64,000 bases of DNA from Nemertoderma westbladi (lineage: Eukaryota > Animalia > Xenacoelomorpha), in NCBI GenBank assembly GCA_032718475.1, contig JAUCBJ010006628.1, positions 6,299 through 70,298 of the forward strand. The letters run 5' to 3'. Positions 49,520 to 62,800 of the stretch are shown here, piece after piece. Position 1 is the first letter of the stretch. The number at the start of each line of letters is the position of its first letter. The position numbers were made by a program, and so were the translations under genes. The notes under the pieces are model-generated. The model worked only from the letters and a program-made list of their open reading frames with translations, was not told the origin of the DNA and did not search any database.

Positions 49520-49944
49520 GTATACTGGACCCATATATATCTTATATGCTCGGGTATCCATTAGATATGCTCGGGTATCCATTAGATATGCTCTTCCAAC
49601 TACCATACAGTAAAATATCAAATTTAAATAGCGGAATTTACCAATATTTCAATAGTAATTTATTTTGCTAGATTCGAGAGTTGATTTTTTATGTGGTTGA
49701 ATTTTTATGTGGTTTTAGGTAATTTCACACATTTCTAACATAGGGAAAAGTTACATTAAAAATTTTTTTTTTCGATCTACCCTTTTTTAAGTAATGGGGA
49801 TAGTTTCAGCTGCTGCATTTACGAATCCAGCTATCACTTCCCTTGTTGTGGCACGTTTTTAAATAAAAAAGAAGTAAATAGTCAAGGTAAATAGTCAAAT
49901 AGTCAAGACATCTATTGTATTTACTGTGTTAATGATATATTTCC

Positions 49945-50976
49945 CTTCTGAAAATATCAAGAAAATATTTGTATTTGAAAATATGTGTTGAAAATATCAA
50001 GAGTAAAAATATTGAGTATTGAAAAATACCGAATGTTGAAAAATATCGAGTGTTGAAAAATATCGAGAGTGAAAAGATCGAGTGTTGAAAAATATCGGGA
50101 GTAAAAAAGTGTTAAAAAATAACGAGAGTAAAAATATTGAGTGTTGAAAAATATCGAGAGTAAAAATATCGATAGTAAAAAAATTTTTAAATAAGGGTTG
50201 TATGATAATTTTTTTTTCCTAAAAATCTTCTAGAACAAAAGATATTTATAAATATTGGTAGCTTACACGTGTTCTATATAACATTTATAAAAAGAAGTAG
50301 AAAATACTAGCTATTTTAAAAATTTTTAAATGTGATCTAGAACTAAAAAATGTGTTCTAGAACAAATTAAAAATTATGATTTCATTTTAATTTTTTATAA
50401 TTTTGATATATTTATCAAAATTCATAGCTAGCACTTCTTCTATAATATTTATTAAAAAAATAGCAAAAACTAGCTAGTATAATAAATCTGGTAAATGGGT
50501 ACCCAAGGTGTATTACATAATGCCATTCACTTGCACTTTTGTAACCCATGCACTGAAATATTGTCCCATAATTATAAATAAAATGCTCAAGTAAAATGCA
50601 ATATTTTTACTCTCGATATTCTCACCTTCGATATTTTTACTCTCGATATTTTTCAACACTCGATATTTTTCAACACTCGATATTTTTCAACACCCGTTAT
50701 TTTTACTCTCGATATTTTTCAACACTCGATATTTTTCAACACTCTATCGATATTTTTACTCTCGATATTTTTCAACACCCGTTATTTTTACTCTCGATAT
50801 TTTTCAACACTCGATATTTTTCAACACTCTATCGATATTTTTACTCTCGATATTTTTCAACACTCGATATTTTTACTCGATCGATATTTTTACTCTCGAT
50901 ATTTTTCAACACTCGATATTTTTACTCGATCGATATTTTTACTCTCGATATTTTTCAACACTCGATATTTTTACTC
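49945..50976. mobile_element. Foldback/MULE-like element with inverted minisatellite arms
   Basis: Left array of AAAAATATCGAG(TGTTG/AGT) units at 49945-50175; right array of CTCGATATTTTT(CAACA/ACT) units at 50600-50976. Confidence 0.75.
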
Positions 50977-51473
50977 TATTATAAGAGTGTCAGGTTTCTC
51001 TTTGTTTTTACTGGATTCTACTAGTTCTGCTGGTGTGTTCATTCTAGATATATTTGATAAGTGTCAATACATTATATATAGGACATAAAAGGTCGGTTCC
51101 TTATCGGGCCTTCTAGCCCGTCACTAGTAAATATAAATCATAATATAGTTAAAATATAAAATCACAAAATCAGTTATTAACTACATTTATGATTTAATAC
51201 TAACTAATTAATAACTCATTTATAACTAACTAATCACTCATACTGTCTGACCCCCTGGGCATCCTCTTTGGATTGAACAGATGGTAATGATAACATCAAT
51301 GGTTTTTAAATGTATTTTATTCGATTTCTCTACCACACTGACTCAATTTATTTTAACCTTCTTTTAAATGTATATATATATTTTTTAAGTTGAGCATTGT
51401 GCCACCAGTACAGTATTAAATTAAATAATAATTTATGATTTGATGATAACTATAATATTCATTTGTGTTTCAG

Positions 51474-51549
51474 AACATAAACGGTATCCCAACTTTAGAA
51501 GTTCTAGAATCGATGATTCAATTTACTCCTAGTAAATCCCGAACACATC
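51474..51549 (+). CDS. Exon C (NINGIPTLEVLESMIQFTPSKSRTH), phase-1 donor
   Basis: TTTGTGTTTCAG acceptor, C|GTAAGT donor, open in phase 0. Confidence 0.65.
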
Positions 51550-52119
51550 GTAAGTATAGCTATAGAAATCTATTAACGACGTTATGATCATTATCACTAA
51601 CTCATTAAATTAGTGAGTTATACTCACAGCTACCGTAAGTTAGTGATAGAAAGTGCACAACTTTGCTGAGTAGGGCATTTCATAATCCAAACCACAATAA
51701 AAGGGTTATCTTTTGGTGTTTCTCAGTTCGCAATTTAGACATTATACTGTGTGTTACATATTTCATTATTAAATTGTAACAATAATATATAATATTGACA
51801 ATTAAAACTTTCTTCAATTGTGCTACAGGCCTTAACCAACCAAGGCATTGGTGAACCTGAGGCAAGTCACTAGACTAGCCTCAGTTAATACCCTGACACT
51901 GAAGTTCCCAATGTGACAAGGCGAGCTGAACGCCCTGGCAGATATGCTTGGCGTTAGCACAGTGGGTGTTCACATACCGGCAAACCACTCGAAACGCTAA
52001 CGTGCTCTTTTTCGTCCAAAGTGCTAACTGTTCCAGACGCATGCAAATCAACTATACACCTAACTAACAAATTCTCTGGAAGGTCGCTAGAGTACAAGGG
52101 TGGTAAAGACTACACATAT

Positions 52120-52428
52120 ACCATAACCCTAACTGCATTGTCTATTAATGTTGCGCTAACTGCAAACCTGAACAGTATTACTATACACCTAACTGCAAGG
52201 TCTAATTAATGTTGTGCTAACTGCAAACCTGAACAGTATTACTATACACCTAACTGCATGGTCTAATTAATGTTGTGCTAATTGCAAACCCGAACAGTAT
52301 TATTATACACCTAACTGCAAGGTCTAATTAATGTTGTGCTAACTGCAAACCCGAACAGTATTATTATACACCTAACTGCATGGTCAAATTAATGTTGTGC
52401 TAATTGCAAACCCGAACAGTATTATTAT
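52120..52428. repeat. 61-bp tandem repeat, about 5 copies
   Basis: CTAAYTGCAAACC at 52156, 52217, 52278, 52339 and 52400. Confidence 0.92.
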
Positions 52429-52542
52429 TATGTTATATTATGTTGTAGGCCTACTAACTAAGTGTTTAAACAGGATCAAACATTTCAGCATTTCTGTAAT
52501 TCGTCTCGTCATCCTTATTTTGGCATTCGGCCAATTCGGCAT

Positions 52543-53374
52543 TCGTGGGACCATGGAGCCCATAGGATACCCGAAGGATAATTGAAGAGTTATCAAAAAA
52601 GAAAGATAGGCATCTGGCTGTTATCTTTGTTGACTTCTTTAAGGCCTTTGATTCAGTCTCTATCTCACGTATGTTCAGCATACTTTCATTATATGGGATT
52701 CCTGATGAAATTATTGCAGCAATCAGATCAGTATGCGATGGTTCGACAACATTTGTCTCTACCGGTGACGGTGACTGATTCAGTCTCTATCTCACGTATG
52801 TTTAGCATACTTTCATTATATGGGATTCCTGATGAAATTATTGCAGCAATCAGATCAGTATGCGATGGTTCGACAACATTTGTCTCTACTGTTGACGGTG
52901 ACAGAGAACCATTTGAAGTGTAATGGGACGTCTTCCAGGGAGACACACTTGCACCATTCTTGTTCATAATTGTGGTTGACTATGTTCTACGCAGGTCCTT
53001 AGATCATCATAATGATGATGGGGTGATGATAACTCCACCTACTGGCTCCAGAAGTCGAGGAAATCCTGCCAAGTACCTAACTGATCTAGACTTTGCTGAT
53101 GACTTAGGAGTACTCTCAGAATCACTAGAGGGAGCCCAACGGCTCCTCAGCTCATTAGAACATGCTGCTTCTAGTGTTGGTCTTTTTATTAACTCCAGAA
53201 AGACCAAAATTTTGACAGTTAACTTTGAAAGTCCTCAGCAAGTCTCTGATCGGATGAGCATAAGCTCAAAAGATGGTATGCTTGAGCATGTGGATGACTT
53301 CTGTTACCTGGGATCATAGATCCGGAAGTCAGGTGAGGAGGACCTTCGAATACGTAAGGGAAAGCATTGGGCAG
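52543..53374 (+). mobile_element. Third RTE copy, mutated, with a 127-bp internal tandem duplication; cut at its 3' side by the BEL element
   Basis: High identity to 17383-18086; TGATTCAGTCTCTATCTCACG at 52649 and 52776; premature TAA at 52921. Confidence 0.92.
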
Positions 53375-53399
53375 TGTTACGGTATATGGCGCTGTATCC

Positions 53400-53550
53400 A
53401 CAGTATTAGTCCATTATGCAGTATGCAGTATTAGTCCATTATGCAGTATGCAGTATTAGTCCATTATGCAGTATGCAGTATTAGTCCATTATGCAGTATG
53501 CAGTATTAGTCCGTTATACTGTACGTAATATTAGTCCGTTGTGCAGTATA
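53400..53550. repeat. 25-bp tandem repeat at the LTR start, about 6 copies
   Basis: CAGTATTAGTCCATTATGCAGTATG units. Confidence 0.9.
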
Positions 53551-56500
53551 ATTATTTAGATAAGGCGCAGTGTGGTGACATTTAGGTAAGGAAGTTAAAA
53601 CGCCCATATATTTTGCATCCATTCATTTTGTATAGTATGTAGCCCTACCTACGTAATTTTGTATTAGGATATATGTAGATAGTTCCAGGGTAGCGAGTTT
53701 ACTCGGACCCTGGATTTTGTGCTTGCTGATATTAGTTTGATAGGGCTAGCATATAGGGACGCTGTCCTGGCCATTCAGCAGCCAGAGACGTGATCCATTA
53801 CCATATATGGTAATAATTTGAGGGCATAGGGCTACAATCCGGTCTCCTTATTGGATTAACTGCTTCCAGGTTGGTTTAATGCTAGCATGGACTGGAGAGC
53901 CAATGGGAGAGCGATTGAGTCACCTTATTGCATCACCCCATCGGGATCACCTATAAATTGGCGGTGTGCCGGTAGGGCCTTTTGTTGTTCATATGTTCAT
54001 GCCTTATCACATGACACACCCCTGTTACAATTTACTTGCTGAGCTGTCTCTAATTTTGTATTAGGATATCGTATTTTCTGCAATTTGCTAATTTTGATTA
54101 ATTTCTTGGAATGATTTGCTAGTACGATTACTTTGCTTGTGTTTCTCAATAATTCCTTCGATTACTGCAAATTACAATCGAACTATGATTTCTACCTTTG
54201 ATTGATGGTTCTATGTGATTCTTTTCTGCGCAATAATCCCAAGGGATTCCTGAGACTGTCAGACTTTGTGATTTGCATGCGCCGCTACGGTAGCTATTAG
54301 TATCATGGAGGGCTAAGGTGCCAGTGGGTGGTGGGCGCATAGGGGGGTTGAGCGACTAGGAGAGAGCGGAGGATTCAAAGCGGGCAACGCTGGCCAGGGT
54401 CACCGTTGCGGGCGGGTATCTTGCACTGCGGCACGCAGACCGATCGCCGGTACAGTATCTAGGGGGCTGATGATCCAGGTTTTGTCTCTATTTAGTATTA
54501 GGGGGGCAGGAATTGGGTTAGTTAGGAATCCTAGATGTACCCGGGAGAGGCCTGCGCGTATTGCAACGTTGAGTGTGGAGTACGAGTAGTGAATTGCACA
54601 ATTGTAAACTGTGATTTCTAACGCTGATTGGTGTGTTATTGAAGTGTGCCTAAGATTACGAATGCTTAGATAGGCGCTCTTTTTCCTTTGATTGATTTCT
54701 ATTTCTTAGTTACAATAATTAGTTATTGATTAGGTCAAAGTAATACGGCAATTTAGGCTATTACTAGCGAAACCTGTTGCGTGATAAATTAGAATTACGT
54801 ATTCTGGAACTCTTAGTAATTAGTACGCTGTTAAATATTTGTGACTGTAATTAATTAGTAAAAAATTAAGAATTAGTACGCAGCATAGCGGAGAGTAGCT
54901 AAGGTAATAATTAGTGTACTGTAAACTATTCACGCTGAGCGGTTATTTGCATTAGCGGGCAATCAGCTAGAACGCACTATTCGGTACACACGATACGCTA
55001 GTAATTTTGCTGGCCTAAAGCCAGTCGCGGGCAGTTTTAGACTCGGAGTGGTATTATCCACGTAGAAACAGATACTGTACCATTTTGATATTTTAAATAT
55101 TCTCGCATTCACACATTACGTTAGGGAACCTCCAGTATTCGCGATTAGAAAGACGTAGGTAATAGCGTGCTTTAATAGTGATAGAATTAGGCGTAAGAAT
55201 ACTCTGAGTGCAAGGCCTCTCGCACTCGTCTTAAGTAAGCTTAGGGAGCCGACTCGGGTTTATTGTTTTGGTTATTCCTGCGTGGCTCATAGATTCGAAC
55301 AGTTAGCTCTCTATCGAGCAATCGGTAGAGAAAGGAACAAGCGATTTTGCAGGAGTTGTGTAAATTTAGTAAAATATATTAGCGGACGGCAGATTAGCGC
55401 CATCTAACGGTAAGTAGCGGTTTGTATTTAGCAACCCTTACAATTTAGTAATATCACGCTCCTGAGCCCCTTTACTTAACAGTAGAGCAGTCTTTGTGTC
55501 TTATTGGTTAGACGAGAACTTATTAGGTTGGCAGAAGGATATTAACGGGTATTGGTCTGTTCAACAGTTCTGCTGTTAGTATAGAGGTCGCGGTTGTTTA
55601 TCAGTAATACGCGTACTTGTTTGCTGTAGGCTGTAGCGTACAGTAAATAGAGTATTCTTAGGCTGTTAGTTTAGATTACTGATACTTCGTATCAGTAATA
55701 CGCGCATATTGCTTTGCTGTACTGCGTATAGTAAGGCAGATAGTGTATTCTTAGGCTGATAGTAGTATCATAGTATTAGGCAATAAGTTTAGAGCACGTG
55801 ATCGTCTGCTGTAGGCTATAGGCTAGCGTACGGTAGAACATTGAGTATATTCATTCTATTAGGTTGTTAGTTTAGATTAACTGTATTCACTGGCTGCGTA
55901 CGATAGTACAGTAGTACATTAGGCTGATTGTTGTTACTGCGTACGGTAGAAGGACATTTGTTTGCCGTACCACACACAGTATCATTAGGCTGTTAGGTTG
56001 GTGTACTGTTTTACTTACTGTGCTGCATACAGTGAATGTACGGTAGTGCGTTTTGCTAATTGCGAATACAGCAGTTCCTTAGGCCTTAGGGCAAACAGTA
56101 ATTAGTAAGTTTTTTGAAAATTTTAGCTAGGTTTGCGAGAATTCAGTTTTCGGTCAAAATTATTTTGTAAAATTCTAGAGTTTTGTACCGGTATGTTAGG
56201 TAACCGCTTAGTTAATTTATACCATCTGGAGATACATGGCAAGACGGAACTTCTGAGTTTGGGGTTCGTGTGGGTCTGCGGGTTCGGTTTGCAATCAGCG
56301 AAGGGCCTGAATCTTTGGACGCGGACGTGGAATCTCACAGCAAACAAGGTTAGTTGTTCTGTTGGCACCAGTGTGTTTGTGGAAGCAGTAAAAAATTACC
56401 GGTTGTTTAACTGCGAAGCTGAACTCAATTTATTAGTTAGGATATTTAGGTTTAGCCGGCCATGGTTTTTTGAATCGCTCAAGTTAGAGAGAGAGTTAGA

Positions 56501-56893
56501 GAGAGTCGCAACCCGAAGATGTAGCCACGCGCTAGTGGATACATATAATATTTGAAATTAAAATTACGTTGATTGGAGCTATATATATAAAATTAGAAAT
56601 ATTCGGGTGGCAAGTTTATTTTGAATATTTTGTATTAGATTCAAAGTTATTTTGTGCTATACCGGTATTTAATACTATATAGTAGCTATATAATAATATT
56701 TTTTGTTTAAATATTGTGTTAGTATTTGCTATAACTATATACCCCATTAAATTCACAATATTGCATTGCGAATTTATTTGACATTTGGACCAACTGATTA
56801 TTTGACAAATAATTTGACCGTATTTCGGTTAAATTATAATTATATCTCGAACTTTTGCGAGATTTTTGCCGGAAGGCAAATATTATTTAGACT

Positions 56894-59800
56894 ATGAGTG
56901 TCTCAGACAAAGAGGCACTAGAGGACAGCTATGAGACGGCGGCCGGACCGCCGACTGACGATAGCGTAAATATTACTGTTGATGACAATGCCGACTATGA
57001 CGACGCAGCGAGCGACGCTGACGTAAGTGAACAGGAGGACGAGACAGTGACTAGTGAGGAAGAACAGCAGCCTCAGGTAATAGTATTAGGACCCCCTACC
57101 GCTACTGATAGGAAGGACTGTACGGCAGCCCGGACAGAGGTGAGTGATAGGGAGGGTAGTGTAGTAGAAGCGAGAGCCCGGAGCCCGGTTTCCAGACCTG
57201 TGGGTATGGTAAGTGCCGTGGTCCCGACGGCTGTTAGGAGTACCCGTAGTTCCCGAAATAATCCTTCAAGTCCACCGAGCGTAAGTCAGGTGAGCGAGAG
57301 AGAACTTGATATCGCGATAAAGAAGAAACTTCGCGCGCATGCCGGACATATAACTCGGACGGCGGACAAGGTAAGGAAGATGTTAGCTGATTCAGCGAAC
57401 ATCGGGAGGGTAGAGTTAGTAGAGATTAGAAGAGGATATAACTCAGCGTTATTCAAGCAGACGGAGGAGCTTGCAGTCCTAGCGAAGAAGGCAGTAGAGT
57501 CTCAGTCGAGCGACGTAGCAACGAGGATTTACGACAGGGTTTTAGCAGCCTTGTTAGAGCACCGCGAGTTATCGGAGCGATTCCGACGAGTTAGGACAGA
57601 GAACTGGCTGCTATGGGCATCACAAGCGCAGGCGACTCAGGTGAGTGACGCAGAGTTAAGAGACTTAGTGGAGCGGGAAGAGATCCAAGATAAGGAAGAG
57701 CGCCGTTATCAGAGGGAAGTTACTAGCTGGCTGATGCAGAATGGAGTGGTGGTACCAGGCCAGGTGCTACCGACGACGGAGAACATTCAACAGAGGACGT
57801 TGACTCCACCCGACGACGCATCTAGAGACAGCGGCGATTCCCAGGTTAGTCACGCGCGAGGTAAGGTAATATGTGCTAGATCCCTTGTTTCTCACAACTC
57901 GGCGGAGGAGAGAAGACGCCGACTAGACGAACAGCAGGAGGAAGTTTTGCGTGCACAGGAAGCACGGAAGGAAGCCGAGCGGGAACGGGAGCGCACACGT
58001 AAGTTGGACGCAGAGTTACGAGAGTTGGAAGAGATAAGTAAGCGCGAGCGAGCGGAACGCGAGCAAAGGGAACGTGAACTCCAAGCCGAGCGCGAGCGCG
58101 AGGAACTCGAATGCGAACAGAGAGAACGCGAACTCCAACTCGAATGCGAACGGGAAGCGAAGAAACGCGAACTCCAACTTGAATGCGAACGGGAAGCGAA
58201 GAAACGCGAACTCCAACTCGAACGCGAACAGGAAGCGAAGAAACGCGAACTCCAAGCCGAACGCGAGCGCAAGAAACTCGATCGTGAACAGAAGGAGCGC
58301 GAGCTTCAACTCGAACGCGGACGCAAGGAACGCGAACTCAAGATCGAGAAAAGAAGACGCGCATTGTATGAAGAAAAGGCGCGAGTGGAAGAAGAGAGCG
58401 TAGCGAGACGAGCGAGGGAAGAAGAAGAGCGTAAACTGGCGCAGTTGGAAAGTGCGAGATTAAGTTTAGAGAGCGAAGAACGGACTAGGAAGGCGAACGA
58501 AATCGCCGAGAAGGGGATGCGAATGCTCGAAGAATGTGGGGCGAGTGTGGGGACAGAGTTGCGAGAACTGTTCGCACTGCAGAAGGCCGAACAGGAAGCG
58601 AGAACTCCGACTATACGCGAGTCGACGACGACCAGAATTCCTATACCCGGTCCAGCTATTACGAGTACACGGATCGCTAAACCGTTCTCTACATATCGCA
58701 CGCCAGTTGGTATTAGTGCTTCACCTATCGCCCAGGACCTACGTCATCGGAACGCCGCACCACTGTATACCGAACGTGACAACGGAGAATTTAGAAAAGA
58801 AACTCCGACAGGACGAGTACTTGGCGAACCGAACCCGCGGGTTTGGAATACGCGGACGGAGCGCCGACCCAGTTCGACGGAGAACTTCCGGGTTAAACCG
58901 GAAGAGGGATCATATGAGAGACAGTGGATTACTCAGATAGAGCCGACTATACAACAGAACCCTAGCCAGGAATTTATTACGAGGGATGAGTTAAGTGCTA
59001 GTTTAGCGCAAGCTATATCGCCGCACATCCAACCTATAACGGACATGCTTAGCAACCTACGGTTAAAGGAAGCAGCCCAGGTAAGAAGTAATTCTAATCC
59101 TAGCAGGCCTGAGTTAGATAAAGTCCAGCCTAGTCAACGAGTACGCATATCGGAGGAGACTATACCACATAGACCTCAGGTAAGGACGCCTGTCCCGAAT
59201 ATCCATAATCCCAATTTCGAAAATTCGGCAGAAAGATTTATTGAGGAAGCTTGGGTCAGGGCCTCGGCGCGCAAACCATCGCGAGCGCTAAGGACTGACA
59301 CTGAGTCAAGCGATGAAGAGGAAGAAATGAGACGTCAGAAGTCCCGAAACTATAAGGAAAGAAGGACGGACGCGGAGCAGGTAAGTTTGAACCACCGGGA
59401 AAGGACCAGACTTAACAACCCTGCGGAACTAAACCATTTGTTAACCCGGAACGACGCAACCCTTAGGGACATAGATAAGTTTGCTGCTAGGCAAGGACTG
59501 CCGACGCAACAACCCCAGAAGTTTATGGGCAACCATAAGCACTGGAGGACCTTTAAAACCTATGTCGACGAGCAGCTAACCAACAGCACCTTTACTCCCA
59601 ACGAGAAGTTCAACTATTTGCTTCAGATGCTCCATCGAGAACCTAGAGCCATTGCTGATAACTTCGTCGGCAATGAACGGGCATTTGAGTTGGCAATGAA
59701 TACGCTTAGTGACATCTACGGGAATAAAACCAAGATGGCGCAGTCGATAGTAGAAGACTTGGGTAAGGGCAGAAGGATTACAACTCCGTTAGAGCTGTTG

Positions 59801-62800
59801 AACTTAGCGAACGCTATTTCGAACGCATTGGACATCTTGAGGACGGTGAATCTACCTCATCATGGTGATCACGCCGAAGTTTTGAAAAGCGTAATAAGAC
59901 GTCTAAACATGCGTTATCGACAGAAATGGCGCAAATTAGAGAATAAGTTGGAGGGCCAAGGTAAAGTATTGACACTTCAGCATATTTATGACATGATAGC
60001 CACAGACGCAGTAGCAGAGATGAAATCAAACTTCTCAGAAGAGAATATGAGGGAGTCTAAACCTGTTACCGGTAAGTCTATGGTAAGTTTTGACGATGAC
60101 AGGACCACTGTGACATTTAACTCAGTAGACAGATATAATTCGAATACCCCAGCCTTTAGATCAGACTCGCGAGTATGGTCAGGTGAGCGGTTAGATAGAC
60201 CTAGGTTAAAGCAACAGGAGTTGCCGGATGGATTTGTAGGTTGCCAATACTGTTTACTAAAGGAGGTAAGATCTGACGACCATAAGTTAGATAGTTGCAG
60301 ACGGTTCAAAGAATTAAATTCGGAACAGAGAAGAGTTCAAGTGCGGACGTTGGACACCTGTTGGGCATGTCTTGCGCCAGGTCATGTACGGCGGCAGTGC
60401 CCGAACAGCAAGGACGGATGCATGGAATGCGGCAGACTACATCACAAGTTGCTACATGCGGATTTCCACACCCCAACGGACCGTTACTTACAGCGAAATC
60501 CTCAAAGGAAGGGGAGCAAAGAACCCGTATCGATAAGGAGGAATACGTACACTGGCATCCAGGACGATGGTTACCAACCAGGTTCGTCGGACGAGGATGG
60601 CGAGTCGAGCGCGAGAGAAGTGACCTGCCAAGGTTTCACTGCGGACAGCTCATCGACAAGCGCGCAGACGTATTTATCATCGGCCACGTCGGAAATATTT
60701 AGCGTGATTCCGGTGAAACTCACCGGAGATAAGGGATCTAAGCGAATATATGTGATGTTGGACACTGCGTCCACATTATCCTATATCGACGAGGAAGTGG
60801 CGAGAGCTGTTTCTAGCTTCCAGGACGCCGAGGAGATCCAAATAGAGTTGAAGTCTATGCACGGGGTAGGAGACCTCAAGGGACACAGAATTTCGGTGGA
60901 ACTAGATTCCCTACTTCCGAGAGACCAACACACTCGACAAGAACGGAAAGCTTTGCCATTGGACGGATTTAAGTGTCTAGCTATGAAGGGATTCGGCAGG
61001 CAGTTAGGTAAGGTGCCGCCGATGAGTCCCATAGCACAGGAGTATTTTGACAAGCTCAGGATACCGAGACACCAGGTAGGTTATAGGAATGTTTCTATGT
61101 TGATTGGTGCAGAACAGCTGATCGCACACCAAATATGGGAAACGAGACCAGCTGAACCGCATGTCAATGGACCACATGCCCATAGGACCATACTAGGTTG
61201 GTATACAAGAGTACCCATGTCTTATGAGTTTACAGGTGGCGACAAGCCAATAAACAGATACGATGAATTACAGCCTATAACTCAACCACCGTTAGTAGAA
61301 CCACCAGACATAGACGAGTTTAGGAGAACCTGTATTGACCACTATAGTGACTTTAGCGAGTCGGACGAGGAGTTGATTCCTGATAATGTTAGGTTGTCGG
61401 AACCACTTCATAACAACCGGACAGATAGTGAACCCGAGGACTACTGTTATCAGACCCGTGGGTCTGGTTCAGCGGCCCACGCTACTTATCTGACTAACGT
61501 TTTGACTTATACAGACATAGTGGAGGGTCAAGTGGCTAAATATCGAGACCTAGACATTTTCCAATACAGTGAGGAGGAATTACAGAAGGAATTGATACGC
61601 CAGGACCTCGAGACAGGAGCCAGAACTGTCGAATGGCTGGATAGGGACGCAATGGAACCCGGTGGATATGACCTAGCCATGTCTACTGATGAAAAACGGT
61701 CGCTGGAGATGATGGAAGACACCATACGTCTACTACCGACTGGACATTTTGAAGTTGGAATGTTGTGGCGTCGACAACCACCTAAGTTGGAAAACAACTA
61801 TAACTTAGCCTTGAAAAGATTAAACGGAGTAAGGGCTCGGTTGTTGAAGAATCCGGATATTAGGGAGAAGTATTGCGCCCAGATCAACAACTATTTCGCT
61901 AAGGGATTTGCTGGGAAGGTAGAGGACCCTGACTTAGTGACAGACCAGACTTATTACCTTCCACACCACTATGTGACTCACCCTGACAAGCCAGACAAAG
62001 TCCGAGTAGTCAACGACTGCGCAGCAGTCTATAGAGGTATGTCCCTGAATTCAGAGTTGATGGATGGTCCCAACCTGAATAACTATTTGATTGGAATACT
62101 GTTGCGTTTTAGACAGCGGCGATTCGCATTTACTTGTGACATCGAGGCGATGTTCCACCAGGTAAGAGCCTGTAAGGCAGACCAGGATAGCCTTCGCTTT
62201 CTCTGGTACGAGAATGAAGACTTATCCGGCCCAGTGGTTACATACCAAATGTACGTTAGGATATTTGGCGCCCGCGATAGTCCGAACGGCACGCTGTTTG
62301 TTCTAAAGAAAACGGCAACAGCCCAGATTGGTAAGTACCCAGTAGAAGTAATCGAGTCCATCTTGAGAAACTTCTATATGGACGACGGATTGGTGTCCAA
62401 GGACACAGCGGAACAAGCCATAGAAGTGGCTCACGGCCTGCAAGAGTGCTTGGCTACAGGGGGATTTCCTCTGACCAAGTTCACTACTAATTCGGAGGCC
62501 CTATTAGAATCGTTCCCGGTAAAAGATCGCGGGAGCGGAGACATAGAATTGGGGGTAGAACCAATCCCCATGGCGCGAGTACTGGGACTCGCTTGGAATC
62601 CGAACTCGGATAAGTTCCAGGTAAGAGTTAGATTTGAGCCCAGTAGCCCAGACAAAGTTTTGACAAAGAGAATTTGCTTATCGACATTAAGTAGACTATT
62701 TGACCCGATGAACTTTATCAGTCCGGTTATATTACAGGCACGAGCGTGCATGAGGAAAATTTGGTTGTCCGACTTAGAGTGGGACGAACCAATATCTCCT

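Noticed and set aside
50596-51024. 142-aa ORF
   Set aside because: Translation of the minisatellite arm.
54460-54490. Hammerhead ribozyme at CTGATGA
   Set aside because: No stem II followed by GAAA at a suitable spacing.
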